The notes beneath the pieces are model-generated. The model made no database searches. It was not told the DNA's origin and worked only from the letters and a program-made list of their open reading frames with translations. A stretch of DNA of 64,000 bases, taken from the NCBI RefSeq assembly GCF_035084215.1, contig NC_090353.1, positions 20,708,001-20,772,000 of the forward strand. Reading direction: 5' to 3'. This DNA is from Heptranchias perlo. Its lineage: Eukaryota. Of this stretch, positions 36,177 through 49,349 are shown piece after piece (the stretch's first letter is position 1; each line of letters begins with the position of its first letter). Position numbers and translations under genes: made by a program.

Positions 36177-37035
36177 GGCCCGGAAATTGTGCTGAGCAGC
36201 GAACGAACCTCGCTCGCCGCTCGTTAGTTATAAACTCACCCACAAACTATTCGCAGGCTTCTGGGCACCAACTTGCTTCAATGGGGAGCTGAAACAAGTG
36301 CAGCGACCTTCCCCGGACTTCCCTGAGCTGTGAGAGTAGGAAAGGATCATTTTCTCCCCTCAACCATTCAGTTTGAAGCATCCTTGACAAGCCAAGCAGG
36401 CAGAACCAGGAAGTGAAAGCTACAACAATAAATTCAATGTAAAATCAGTTAGAGAAAGCGAAATAAAGAGACAGTAAGATTAAAAGACAGCACTAAAAGA
36501 GACAGAAAGAAGAAGTGAAAAACTGAAAATTTTAAACTAATTTTTTAAAAAATGTCCAACAATAATTAATATCGGGAGGAATGAGATTCCATATTTCTAA
36601 AATTTAATTTTCAGTGTCAGAGAGGTTGTTTGGCAGTCATTAATACTTAACATGATGTTAAAAGTTAGTTTGGACTTGATATAACTCATCAAACCTTTTT
36701 TTCTGGAGAGATTAATTAGTTTCCAGCTGGGCAAGAGAGCGAGTTTGCAATGATTCATTCATTCCAGCTGGTTAGATCTCTTTACCGTGAATCTTTCAGA
36801 GAAGCAGAGAATCAGGTCGAGCTGGATGCGGAGGGAAAGCTTGTGTTAGACAGAGTGTTAGATTTCTACCAGGTGATGTAACATTCAGTTAGGAGTCAGC
36901 TGCAGCCAAGCAGACCAGAGGAGCAGCCACATTCAGTACCACAAAGTGTCAAATTGTGGCTTTGCTAAATGTGGTTAGTGTTCTTGGCACTGCCAATGGC
37001 AGACATAGCGGCAGAGAATGAGGGAAAATTCAGCC
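36177..37035 (+). mobile_element. Non-autonomous DNA transposon related to 6493 and 48007 copies
   Basis: Begins ggcccggaaattgtgc. Shares the purine-rich core and gaatgagattcca...gagaggttgtttggcagtcattaa. Confidence 0.55.
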
Positions 37036-37039
37036 AGTG

Positions 37040-37824
37040 AGGCCAACCACCACCTCACCAGCCGGCATTTCCCTCCTCCCTGCCCTGCTGGGACCACCAC
37101 TGCCTGCTCCTTCGCTGCCCCCCAATCCATGCACACGATGATGGGAGAGGGTTTGATCTGGGTCCCCAGCCCACCTCCGTCCCGTCCACCAATTGTTACC
37201 GTCTCTCCCCGAGACGACCCGGTAGAAGGTGATGCTTGATCCAGGATATCAATACGAATGATGCCAAGATCTCCAAGACGGAGGGAGAGGACTTTGTAGC
37301 CGCCTCCTCTCCCTCTACTTCACCCCCAGTACTTACCATCTAAAAGCCCCGGGCTCAGCCAAAGCCTTCCGCTGTAGTTCTTCCAATCTTCAGGGTTCCT
37401 CTACCCCTTTAATGCCACTCCCGCCTCTTGTGCTGCAGCAGCGGTCCCACTGTAGCACAGCTGGGCACTGGCAGGCTCCTGCTGGACAGAGGGAGTCACG
37501 CCTGGAGCCTGCCATGAGTGGAAACAAACCCCAACTGAGAAAAATGGGTTGGGGGTCTGGGTGGAGCTGGACGGAAGTCCTGCCCTTCTGTAACTCCACC
37601 TAATCCAGCCTATAATGTTCATGCCGTCATCAGAGCCTGATCTGCATATTTAAAAAGGAACCCCCGCCAGCTTTGGGCGCCTGTTCTTACCGCCTGCAAT
37701 TTGAAATTGCCGTCGGCCAGATTGGGGCAGAAATGGAGTGGGTACGTCCCCTGTTCTATTTTAACTACTCCCCCGCACCCCCCCACCCGGTTTCTACCGG
37801 GCAGAGTAGGGTTAAAATTCCCCC
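37040..37824. mobile_element. GC-rich non-autonomous DNA transposon fragment
   Basis: Ends gggttaaaattccccc, the same TIR type as 28783 and 59393. Confidence 0.45.
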
Positions 37825-38077
37825 ACCTACCCCCCGGTCTCAGATTCTATCCTCACTCTTCACAGCATAATGTCAGGTTGATTTTAACCTGTGATACCTC
37901 TGTTTGAGGTGCTGTTGTTGAGCATGACTGAGCTTATCAGTTTCTCACTTGATCTAATCTAGAGAAATTTAAATAATGCTGCCGAATTTGAATCACCCCT
38001 TTCATATTTGGAAATTACCGCAAAGCACCCAAAAATCTACCTTCTATGTAGCAATTAATGTTGAGTAAGCTACAAAA

Positions 38078-38545
38078 TCTTGCATTTATACAGCGCCTTT
38101 AATGTAGTAAAACATCCCAAGGTGCTTCACAGGAGCGATTATCAAACAAAATTTGACACCGAGCCACATAAGGAGATATTAGGACAGGTCACAGAGGTAG
38201 GTTATAAGGAGCGTCTTAAAGAAGGAGAGGGAGGTAGAGAAGAGGATAGGTTTAGGGAGGGAATTCCAGAGCTTAGGGCCTAGGCAGCTAAAGGCACGGC
38301 CACCAATGGTGGAGCGATTAAAATCAGGGATGTGCATGAGATAAGAATTGGAAGAGCGCAGAGATCTCAGAGAGTTGTAGGACTGGAGGAGGTTACAGAG
38401 GTAACGAGGCCATGGAGGGATTTAAAAACAAGAATGAGAATTTCAAAATCAAGGCGCTCCCAGACTGGGAACCCATGTAGGTCAGCGAGCACAGCGATGA
38501 TGCAAGTTAGGATATGGGCAGCAGAGTTTTGGATGAGCTCAAGTT
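38078..38545 (-). mobile_element. L2 LINE 3' fragment
   Basis: Collinear with 1520-2010. Confidence 0.85.
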
Positions 38546-38767
38546 AATATTGTATAGAGTTGGGGAAGAAGCAGTGCCAAAGCAAACACTTCATTCAAAT
38601 AAATGTTCCCATAATAATCGCTGTCCATTAACAGAGGTGAATAATTTTCATGCCTTATCCTGGTTAGAGCAATAAGTCTCACAGTGTAGAGAAAGTTGTC
38701 CTAGGACATTCAGTTAGCAGTATATGAGTTGACAATTTGTCACATGCTCCTGTGATCTGAAACAAAT

Positions 38768-39140
38768 GGGGCCAGATTTTCTTCCCTTCCACCCTGCCCA
38801 CTCCAGTATGTCAGGTGGGACGCTACTGCACGGCACTGGAGTGCAGCAGGGTTCAGCTCATTGGCATAGCCGGGCATGCACCCGGGTGTCAAACAGTCAG
38901 TTGGCCTCCAGCCCCTCGCTAGCCCATAACCATTCCAATGTGCCTTTCTGGAGATTCTAGGCAATTGCTGGCAGCACCTTATCCGCTCCTCTGATCTGAA
39001 GGGATTGGCCACAGCCTCTAATCTGAAGGCACTGACCACAGCCTCTGATCTGAAAGGGCTGGCCACAATCTCTGGCCACAACCTCTATCACCAGCTTTCT
39101 CTGGGTGCTCCTCTGTGTGGGCAGAAATCCAGCAAAATGG
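38768..39140. mobile_element. MITE-like element with internal 27-bp triplication
   Basis: Starts ggggccagattttc. Unit cctctgatctgaagggattggccacag repeated 3 times at ~38988-39070. Confidence 0.45.
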
Positions 39141-39264
39141 TGGAAGTGTTGTGATGTCACACCTGTGTTATTAACATACAAGTTTAATGCTCCTGCCCTA
39201 GGAAATGCATGTTGAGTGCAAATAGGACAGAGACCTGGCATAACAGGTTTGTAAACTTGCATAG

Positions 39265-40330
39265 CAACAGGACTAGGCCATTCAGCCCCTCGAGCCAGTT
39301 CCACCATTCAATCAGATCTGTCGCTCAACTCCATTTACCCATCTTCACTCCATAACCCTAAATACCCTTACCTAACAAAAATCTATCAGTCTCAGTCTTG
39401 AAAATTTCAATTTCAATTGACCCAACATCCTGTCTTTTGGAGGAGAGAGTTACAGATTTTCACTACCCTTTGTGCAAAAAAGTGCCTCCTGATTTCACTC
39501 CTGAATGGCCCAACTCTAATTTTAAGATTGTCCCCTCTTGTTCTGGATTCCCCCATCAGAAGACATAGTTTCTTTGTATCTACCCTATTGAATCCTTTTA
39601 CCATTAGATCACCCCTCAACCTTCTAAACTCAAGGGAATGCACGCCAAGTTTATGCACCCTGGCCTCATAATTTAACCCTTTAAGCCCCAGTATCATTCT
39701 GGTGAATCTACGCTAGGTCCCCTCCAGGCCAATACGTCCTTCCTGAGGTGCGGTGCCCAAAAAGGAACACAGTACTCCAGATAGGTCTGACCAAGGATCT
39801 GTACAACTGAAGCATAACTTTCTCTCTTTTGATAAAGGCCAAAATTCCATTAGTCATTTTGATTATTTTTTATATCTGACCACTAGCTTTCAGTGAATTG
39901 TGTACCTGGACACCAAGATCCCTTTGCTCCTCCACAGTTCCTCATCTCTCACCATTAAGAAAATATTCCAATTTGTCCTTCTTGGGTCAAAAGTGGATGA
40001 CCTCACACTTCCCCACATTGAATTTGCCACTGTTTTGCCCACTCACTTAATCTATCTATGTCCCTTGTAACTTTGTGCTCCCATCTGCACAAGTTAATGT
40101 GCCTCCAAATCTGATGTCATCTCCAAACTTGGATATACAGCTCTCTATATCAATGAATGGGATGAAGGAATATATAGCGAAAAGCTGAGGTCCCAGAACA
40201 GGTCCATGGTGAAGACCCCTTGTCACATCCGGCCAATCAGAGTACGTTCTCTTTATCCCTGCTCTCTATCTCCTACCTCCCAACCAATTTCTAACTCATG
40301 TCGCAGAATTGCCTTCAATTCTGTGCATTT
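39265..40330 (-). mobile_element. Older CR1 3' fragment
   Basis: ORF 39413..39697 reads SLEFRRLRGDL...ESRTRG. Confidence 0.85.
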
Positions 40331-40617
40331 TCACTTCTGACTTGTTGCTATATCCTGAGTGTTAATATGCATTGCAACCTCTCCCATGCACTCAATACTC
40401 ATCTAAAGAAAGAATTTGTATACATATAACACCTTTTATGACCTCTATAGGTCCCAAAGCACTTCACACCCAATAAAATGTAGTCACTTTTGTAATGCTC
40501 TGTCAATTAACATCTTTTTTTTAAATGATTTGGATTGACATCTGGTTAGGAACAGGAATGAGGGAGTCAGTCTAACTTACCGTTAGAGATGAATGCTGTT
40601 TAGAATATGATGGTTCC

Positions 40618-41160
40618 TATTGTATCCAATTCTGGGCACCGCACTTTAGGAAGGATGTGAAGGCCTTAGAGAGGATGCAGAAAAGATTTACTCGAATGGT
40701 TCCAGGGATAAGGGATTCAGTTACGTGGATAGACTGGAGAAGCTGGAGTTGTTCTCCTTAGAGCAGAGGGGGTTGAAAGGAGATTTGATAGAAGTGTTTC
40801 AAATCATGATGGGTTTAGATAAGGCAAATTAAGAGAAACTGTTCCCATTGGCGAAAGGGTCGAGAACCAGAGGACACAGATTTAAAGTGATTGGCAAAAG
40901 AACCAAAGGCAACATGAGGAAAAACTTTTTTACGCAGTGAGTAGTTATGATCTGGAATGCGCTGTCAGAAAGGGTAGTGGAAGCAGACTCTATCATGGCT
41001 TTCAAAAAGGAATTGGATAAATATTTGAAGAGTAAGAATTTGCAGGGCTACGGGGAAAGAGCGGGGGAATGGGACTAACTGGATTGCTCTTACAAAGAGC
41101 CGGCACAGGCTCAATGGGCCGAATGGCCTCCTTCTGTGCTGTAACGATTCTATGATTCTA
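40618..41160 (+). mobile_element. CR1 3' fragment
   Basis: Matches 26290-26822. Tail gattctatgattcta. Confidence 0.9.
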
Positions 41161-41410
41161 AAGTTGCTGGAACCATGGAAATGTTGATATAGAAATTGTA
41201 CGTAAGGTTGGATGAGTTTTCTGGAGTTTTGCTCGATTTACCTTCTTGGAGACAGGGAGAAACTTTTCAGGACCTTCTGAAGATTAATTGTGTATAGCCA
41301 ATAATAGAGCAGAGCAGAAGGACTGCTTTGATGGGCCAAATGATCTTTTATCATTCCATGCTTTCTGATAGTCTTAATTTTGTTCAGTCTAAAAGAGGGA
41401 CATTTATTGG

Positions 41411-41504
41411 TGCAGTATCATTTTCCCACCACCAGATGGTAATGTTGCATGCTAAGTAACAATCTGTGAAGTTTTACACAATACGACTGCGCCATCTGCT
41501 GTGG
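41411..41504. promoter_or_regulatory. Pair of candidate CTCF sites
   Basis: (+) TGCAGTATC-6nt-ccaCCACCAGATGGTAA at 41411-41442. (-) ccACAGCAGATGGCGCA at 41488-41504. Confidence 0.45.
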
Positions 41505-41869
41505 CTCCACTCGATAAAAACATTGACACACTCTCTGGGTGTACTTACACTGCAGCCAGGCAGAATCACCTCTACATTGCCTGGCTCCTGCCCAGGGGCA
41601 CTTTGTAAACCAGGTTTGACAATGTATTGGATTAACACTCCCAAGTGATGTCAAACCAAAGCAGTGTGAAATCAGGATTCTCACTCCATTGAGTCCCAGA
41701 GTCTGTCAGGCTCCAAATTGAAGCAAGAATCACTCTGCACTGATACTAAATTTGTAGTGTAAATAAATGTACCCTTCAGCTTTCTGGGCCACAGCTTCTT
41801 GCTGCAGCTTTCACAGTCTGTGCAGCAGCAGGTGCGTTTGAGACATCAATGTACCCTGCAGTGATGATG

Positions 41870-42035
41870 CATCAAATTCTGGAAGTACAGCAGGTCAGTA
41901 AAGAGAAAATGTAGGTTAAGGTTCTGCGTACAGCCCTTCATCAGTATGTGAAATTGTCTTTACAGTTGCCATCTGACCTGTAATTTTCCAGCATTTTTTG
42001 TTTTCATTTCAGATTTCCAGCATTTGCAGTTTTCC
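41870..42035. mobile_element. Degenerate Penelope-like termini in inverted arrangement
   Basis: ctggaagtacagcaggtcag...cttcatcag is followed by ctgacctgtaattttccagcattttt...gatttccagcatttgcag, the opposite orientation of the same repeat as 790-894. Confidence 0.5.
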
Positions 42036-42177
42036 CTTTTTTATGATGCACAGAATGTTATATTTGTGCAAAAGTCTGAAAATTTCAATCATGGAAAATG
42101 CACTCCCCTGCCTAAGCACAAACCTTCCCCAGTAGCACATGCATAAGTGTGTGCTGAGCATCAAAAAGTAACACGAA

Positions 42178-42348
42178 GGGGATAATTTTGACTTTGGGCG
42201 ATAGGAACAGCCGCCCGTTATACATCTCTCCCAAGTGGGTATTATCAGATCAGCTGTGTGTCTCCATCTCTCCCAGGAGAAATGTATAACAGGCAGCTGG
42301 TCCAATATCGCCCATTTTACATTATTGTCCAAAGTCAAAATTATCTCT
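42178..42348. mobile_element. Short palindromic MITE
   Basis: TIR ggggataattttgactttgg / ccaaagtcaaaattatctct (18/20), plus an inner inverted repeat. Confidence 0.75.
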
Positions 42349-42621
42349 CAGGTGTTTCCACTATGATTTTCTTGAAGCTTTTCTTTCACATGATGGGTTG
42401 TTTGTTCCTTCTGCTTCTTAAATAGTATCTCAGAAATATAACAACCCTTCAAAGATAACTGAGCAGGAATCCTGCACTGCTCCTGTTTTCACACTTGCTG
42501 GGCAGATATTGGATCTCTCCAGAATGATTGTACACTCTGGAAGTTCTTTTTCCCAAAGTGTGAAAGATTCGGATGAGCTGAAACAATCTTTGCACAAGTG
42601 AAGGACACGTCAGCAATGTGT

Positions 42622-43672
42622 ATCATAGAAGCATAGAATGGTTACAGCACAGAAGGAGGTCATTCGGTCCATCAAGCCTGTGCCGGCTCTTTGCAAGCCC
42701 AATCCAGTTAGTCCCATTCCCCTGCTCTTTCCCCGTAGCCCTGCAAATTTTTTCCCCTCAAGTATTTATCCAATTCCTTTTGAAAGCCACGATTGAATTT
42801 GCTTCCGGCCTTTCAGGCAGTGCATTCCAGATCATAACTACTCGCTGTGTAAAAATGTTTTTCCTCATGTCGCCTCTGGCTCTTTTGCCAATCACCTTAA
42901 ATCTGTGTCCTCTGGTTCTCAACCCTTCCGCCAATGGGTTTCTCTTTATTTACTTTATGTGAACCCTTCATAATTTTGAACACTTCTATCAAATCTCCTC
43001 TTAACCTTCTCTGCTCTGAGGAGAACAACCCCAGCTTCTCCAGTCTATCCCCGTAACTGAATCCCTCATCCCTGGAACCACTCTAGTAAATCTTTTCTGC
43101 ACCCTCTCTAAGACCTTCACATCCTTCCTAAAGTGCGGTGCCCAGAATTGGACACAATACTCCAGTTGTGACTGAACCAGTGTTTTGTAAAGGTTCAACA
43201 TAACTTCCTTGCTTTTGCACTCTATGCCTCTATTTATAAAGCCCAGAATCCCTTATGCTTTTTAAACTGCTTTCTCAACCTGTCCTGTCACCTTCAAAGA
43301 TTTGTGCACATATACCCCCAGGTCTCTGTTTCTGCACCCACTTTAGAATTGTACCATTTAGTTTATATTGCCTCTCCTTGTTCTTCCTGCCAAAATGTAA
43401 CACTTCGCATTTCTCTGCGTTAAATTTCATCAGCCATGTGTCCGCCAATTCCACCAGCCTGTCTATGTCCTCTTGAAGTCTATCACTATCCTCCTCACTG
43501 TTTACTACACTTCTAAGTTTTGTGTCAACTGCAAATTTTGAAATTGTGCCCTGCACACCCAAGTTAAAATCATTTATATCAAAAAAAGCAGTGGTCCCTG
43601 TACCAACCCCTGGGGAACACCACTGTATACCTTCCTCCAGTCCGAAAAACAACCGTTCACCACTACTCTCTG
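42622..43672 (-). mobile_element. CR1 3' fragment (same family as 2181-5147)
   Basis: Tail atcatagaagcatagaatgg. ORFs 43001..43201 and 43275..43652. Confidence 0.9.
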
Positions 43673-43989
43673 TAACGTTCTATTATTGCATCATGAATTA
43701 AGTCAGGTTTATACAGCATTGTGGGATGTGTCTTAGAATCACTGGTCAGAATTGTAATAGTGATTTGATGGATCAAAGAGATGGCAGCTATAACTGTGGC
43801 TGATGACACAAAGTGAAGTTTGAACAGTTTAGGACAGTCATCTGAGCCCTACAGCTTCCAGCTCATTTTCTGGTACTTGTCATTTTCAATGCTATATACA
43901 GTATTTTAACGGTATGTGTGCTAGGGAACAGGGTTATTCCATTTTTAGTAAACTCCATTTTCAACCCACATCTGATCCATCACTTTTGT

Positions 43990-44760
43990 TCACCTCCACG
44001 TCACCCACGTCACCTCTAACTCTCTGCCAAATCCTTAACCCATACTTTTACCACCTCATGCTTCCCTGCTTCCATCATTTATAAGCGGCAACTCATCCAC
44101 AATGACTGACCCCTGCCTCACCTGCACTAATGCCTCTATCCCCATCACCCCTGTCCTCACCTGCACTAAGGCTTATATCCCCATCACCCCTGTCCTCAGC
44201 TGCACTAATGCCTCTATCCCCATCACCCCTGTCCTCACCTGCACTAATGTCTCTATCCCCAACACCCCTGTCCTCACCTGCACTAATGCCTCTATCCCCA
44301 TCACCCCTGTCCTCACCTGCACTAATGCCTCTATCCCCATCACCCCTGTCCTCACCTGCACTAATGTCTCTATCCCCAACACCCCTGTCCTCACCTGCAC
44401 TAATGTCTCTATCCCCAACACCCTTGTCCTCAGCTGCACTAAGGCTTATATCCCCATCACCCCTGTCCTCACCTGCACTAATGCCTCTATCCCCAACACC
44501 CCTGTCCTCACCTGCACTAATGCCTCTATCCCCAACACCCCTGTCCTCACCTGCACTAATGTCTCTATTCCCTTCACCCCTGACCTCACCTGCACTAATG
44601 CCTCTATCCCCAACACCCCTGTCCTCACCTGCACTAATGTCTCTATTCCCTTCACCCCTGACCTCGCCAAGCTCCAAAATCATCCCTTGTAACTGAAATT
44701 GACTTAAGAATTTTGTTTTTTCCTTCAGATCCCTCCATAGCTCACCCTTCCAACCCCCCC
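43990..44760 (+). mobile_element. Old L2 relic hosting a minisatellite
   Basis: Flanks resemble the L2 ORF2 end (caactcatccacaa...; agaattttgttttttccttcagatccctccatag). Confidence 0.55.
44112..44666. repeat. 39-bp minisatellite (~14 copies)
   Basis: Unit cctcacctgcactaatgcctctatccccatcacccctgt. The 13-codon period explains the overlapping ORFs. Confidence 0.97.
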
Positions 44761-45654
44761 CCCCCCCCTCCATGATTGCCTCTAGCCTTAAGTCCCTCCA
44801 ACACCAGCCTATCTCTCATTATCTGCCATCAATCACCATGTTTTCAGCCACATTGTCTCCACCCTTTGGATTTCCCTCCCTTAACATCTCTGCTGCCACT
44901 GAGTGAAGGGGCGTGCACTCAGGGTGGTGGCCTGTCTTTTCTCTTCAGGCCTGGCAACATCTTCTGTTTTCATTTCAGACCTCTTGCATCTCCAGGTATA
45001 TTTATTCCAATTGCCCCCATTTTCTTGCCTTTTCACTGAGTGGCCTTGTCCTGTTACTTTTCCTACTTTTCCATGCTTGAGCTATTTACATGTTCTTTTA
45101 TTCTTTTAATCTCTTTCATTGCATCACTCAGATGATCCTTTTATATCATTTACCATTTCCTGCGTTTGATTAAGCGGCTTGCAAATCATAAAACCCATTC
45201 ACTTCTTCTCTGTGATTTGAATATCTGTTGTTTCTTTCCCTCCTTTATGACCAATCACTTGCCAACAGAGTGGGAGGTATTAAACTCTATTTGGAGCATA
45301 TATGCTCAGTGCACAGAAAATTGTGGAAAATATTGGTTTGATTGCTTGCAGTCAAGTCTGCCCAATAATTAATCTTTCAATTGGTGTTTTAGTTCATTGA
45401 TCCATTCTGACTGTTTTTAGTTTAATGCAGAAAATACAAATTTGTGACAATGGCATGAAAATCACCGTCACTGCCAGAATATCTATTTTGTTGCAGTAAC
45501 ATCACTACAGAGCAGGGCAGTCCAGCACATGGTTTTGTTTCTTATTTCCGCCACTGGATCTCTTTAAGGTCCCCTTGTGACACACACATTAACCCGGACA
45601 AGATAACATGCTGGCAATCTGCTCTCGGGCCTCTGAAAATGCCATTCTGTAAAG

Positions 45655-46168
45655 ATGTAAAGGAAAGACGTGATTGCACTAGAGAGGGTACAGTGGAGAT
45701 TTTCAAGGATGTTGCCAGGGCTGGAGAATTTTAGCTATGAGAAAAGATTGGATAGGCTGGGGTTGTTTTCTTTGGAACAAAGGAGGCTGAGGGAGATTTA
45801 ACTGAGGTGTATAAAATTATGAGGGGCCTAGATAGAGCGGATGGGAAGGACCTATTTCCCTTAGCAGAGGGGTCAGTGACCAGGGGGCATAGATTTAAAG
45901 TAATTGGTAGAAGGATTAGAGGGGAGCTGAGGAGAATTTTTTTCACCCAGAGGGTGGCGGGGGTCTGGAACTCACTGCCTGAAAGGGTGGAAGAGGCAGA
46001 AACCCTCAACTCATTTAAAAGTTGATGTGCACTTGAAATGCCATAACCTACAGGGCTACGGACCAAGTGCTGGAAAGTGGGATCAAGCTGGATAGCTCTT
46101 TTCGACTGGCACGGACACGATGGGCCAAATGGCCTCCTTCTGTGCCATAACTTTCTATGATTCCATGA
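45655..46168 (+). mobile_element. CR1 3' fragment
   Basis: ORF 45807..46025 reads YKIMRGLDR...FFTQRVAGVWNSLP. Confidence 0.9.
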
Positions 46169-46867
46169 AGTCTGGATATGGTGCTGATTCATGTTCTCCT
46201 TCTCTCCCATTCAGTGGTTCTCCACAATGGCATAGCCTATAGGCAATCACGGGTGTGAAACCATGTCCTAACACTCAGCGACAGTGCATTGGAACCCAAC
46301 ATCTACTGGCGGGCTGGACTGGTGGGATGTGACCATGACCAACTCAGGGAGGCACTGAGCAGAATCCAGTCACTTCCCCACAGAGAGCAGAAAAGCTACA
46401 GAAATCCCACCCCAAGCTTCTCCTGGGTACCTCACTTGAAGTTGGCTTTAGAGTACCATTGGTAAAGGCTTAGGACCAAATCACCTCCCTGCTCTCTGGG
46501 CCGCACAAAGGCAGATCCAGGAAATGAAAAAGTGGCAAACCTCCTTTTAATAAGAGGGAGTCACACCTTGAAAGAACACGCACATAAATATTTCAGAGAA
46601 AACACTTCCAGATATGAAACTGTTAATCTCCATTGAACAGAACAGAACCACAAAGTGCATCTGCATTATTCAGTGTTTTTGTGCACTGCAATTGCATGCT
46701 CAATAAGTTATTGTTACACACAGTTCTAGTTACTTTTCAAAACTGTTCTAAAGAACAGTCTCTGTGAAAAACAACAATGTGTGTGTCTGATGTCACCATT
46801 AACTGTTGGAGCCTCGCTTTTTCTTTCAGTTATTGTCTTGCACTCATCCAGACAAAAGCACATACAA

Positions 46868-47110
46868 ACATTGGAGGGAGTGCAGAGAAGAGACTGATCC
46901 CTAGTATTAAGAGGATGAGCTGCAAGTCAAGATTCAAGCTCTGCCATTAAGAAAAAATGTGGTTGAGGAGGGAGACATAAAATTTTATTAAATTGTATAA
47001 ATAAGGTAAATTCAGAATATTATTTATTCAAGTAAATTAGTGAAAAAACATTAGAAAGAAGTTCTTTACTGAATGGTGATAAATGCTTGGAATAATGCGT
47101 GGGGCCAGAG
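46868..47110 (+). mobile_element. Ancient CR1 relic
   Basis: ggagggagtgcagagaag...aggtaaattcagaatattattt...gtgataaatgcttggaat. Confidence 0.5.
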
Positions 47111-48006
47111 TAAACATTGGGAGCTTTCAAAATACAGCTATAATAGGAGAGAGAGTATTAAAGAGAGGAGCTTCAACTGCTCGCATCTGACTTTTATTTT
47201 GTGGTTCTGGTTGATCGCCCATGGCTTTGCACATGGAAAGATCAAGGATGATCTTCAGGTGGTCGAGTCGGAGAGCAGGGGATAACTGGATTGAGCATGA
47301 GAAATATTTAGTCCTCATTTTAAAGAAAATGCATTCTATCCTTATTTTTGAAAGGATAGTAAGGGCTAGTTAATCTCTCATAGCATTGGACACAGCGAGT
47401 CAAGACCAAGTGAAGTGTTCAGGTGAAGTGGGGTTAGAGAAAGGGGAATAATTGGATCAGGGTGCAGAGATGCAATTTAGTCCCATTTTAAAGGCGCACA
47501 TTCTGTTCTTATTTTTCTATATTACTTTTTATTATGTACATTTAAATAGAAAAGCTTCATTCAATTTAGGAAACAGAAGTGGAGTTAGTTGGAGCATAGG
47601 AGTTTCTCTGCTTCCAGGCTGGGGCACTGGGAAATGCCAAACTAAGGCTCCACAGCACTACCAGTGAAGGAAGGGTGTAATTACAGCGTGACGAGTTTAC
47701 ATGGGCAGCTTCCTTTATAAATTTGGACGTAGGATCAGGGGCGGACTGCCTCCCCCAAAAGGGCATTGGAATCTTTGGGATTCTCATGGAAAAAGGGGGT
47801 TGCTGTTAATACAGCACTATGGAACTATTCACAGGGGCATTTGGGAAATCTCCTGGTTTTCCATATGGCCAGTCCGCCCTATTAGGATTTTATAATGGGG
47901 GTAAAAAGTTGGCACACAAGTGTAACAGAAATGTGACATCTGGAAGTGAGCTTTTGTAGATGGGAAGTGTGTGCAGACATAAGAGTTTTTATCATATAGT
48001 CACCTG

Positions 48007-48744
48007 GGCCAGATTTTGCTGGAGTGCTGCATCTCACAGTGGGCCTTGTTAGTTCGACTTGCTTATGCACATTTAGATTTAAATTCTTTTGCCCACAAAG
48101 TTGCTGGAAATTTCGAGCTGATAACGGCACAGTGAGAAAAACAGGGTATCTGGGACCTTGGTGAACAACAGGACAAACAGTCCTTGGACAAGGAGTGTAT
48201 CTCCTTAACCAATGAGATTTAAGGATTGAGAAATAAACAACTGAAGGATGGTGAATTAAAGGGGTTGAATTCAATGTCAAATCAGGTACTGAAAGAGAAC
48301 TAAAGAGAGGGAAAGAAAGATTGGAATAAGAGAGATAAAAAAAACAGAAAGGAAAAGTAAGATTTGTTTTAAATTTAAAGATTTGACATTATTAAAATCT
48401 CCTAAAACAATTCACAACCTGAAGGAATGAGACTCCACATTTATAATTGTTTACTTTCTGGGCAAGAGAGGCTGATTGGCAGTCATTAACAATTATTATG
48501 TTGTTAAAAGGGTACTTACACTAGTAAATTCTAGATTTAACTTTCTGTCGCGAGTTTAATGGGCAATTAATGTGCTAATGCAGCAACTTCATGAAAATCA
48601 CAGGGAGGTTAAGTGCAATGTGCCGATTTTGCAATTCGCAATTCACAGGGTATCTCTTCCTCACTACAAGTTACAGGCCGATTTACGCATTCATAACGGC
48701 GTAGGGCATTCACACGCCATTATTTTTTCAGTACAATTTGGCCT
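48007..48744 (+). mobile_element. Non-autonomous DNA transposon (uninterrupted copy of the 6493 family)
   Basis: gggccagattttgctg ... cagtacaatttggcc. Collinear with 6493-7996 minus its CR1 insert. Confidence 0.75.
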
Positions 48745-49349
48745 ATAGTATCCAGTTACTGCAGTATTGGATAGAAATTTATGAAAACATGATTATTGTA
48801 GAAATAGAGATGATTTCTACCTCATTCTGTTGAAAATAATTACACACCATGTAAAAGCTAATCTCCTGCATGTGTCATACAAGACCAGTGGACCGTTTGT
48901 ACAATAGTCACCCGCCCTCCTCCCACCAACCCTGGAAATAGATAGATACCACTTTATTTAGATAATTTGAGTGCCAATTTGAGATCTTTTCGAGCAATAC
49001 TGCCTCTTTAATCAATAGTTTCTCCTGTATTTATACGCCAACTCCTCCAGTGTGATGAGGTGCAGCCACCAAGTTTACAGCAAATGCATAGAGCTGACAG
49101 TGCCAGCGTGCCTGAGGCACCAGCGGTTGGAATTCCTTTGTATGCATTCATGTCAAATCCCTGTGTGTGCTATTTTAACAAAGTCATGAACCCACCGCAA
49201 AATTTCAACCCGCGGATGTGAGTGAATTCTTGGCCCTCACCTGTAAAGGGGTTAAAATAATAAACATGTCATCAGTGTAAGAAATGTACTAATTACTGAA
49301 TCATCTTGTTAGATTAGCACTCATAATCTATGAATGTAAATGTCACTTC

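Noticed and set aside
44093-44773. Overlapping repetitive ORFs (226, 196, 188 aa)
   Set aside because: Artefact of a 39-bp (13-codon) tandem repeat.
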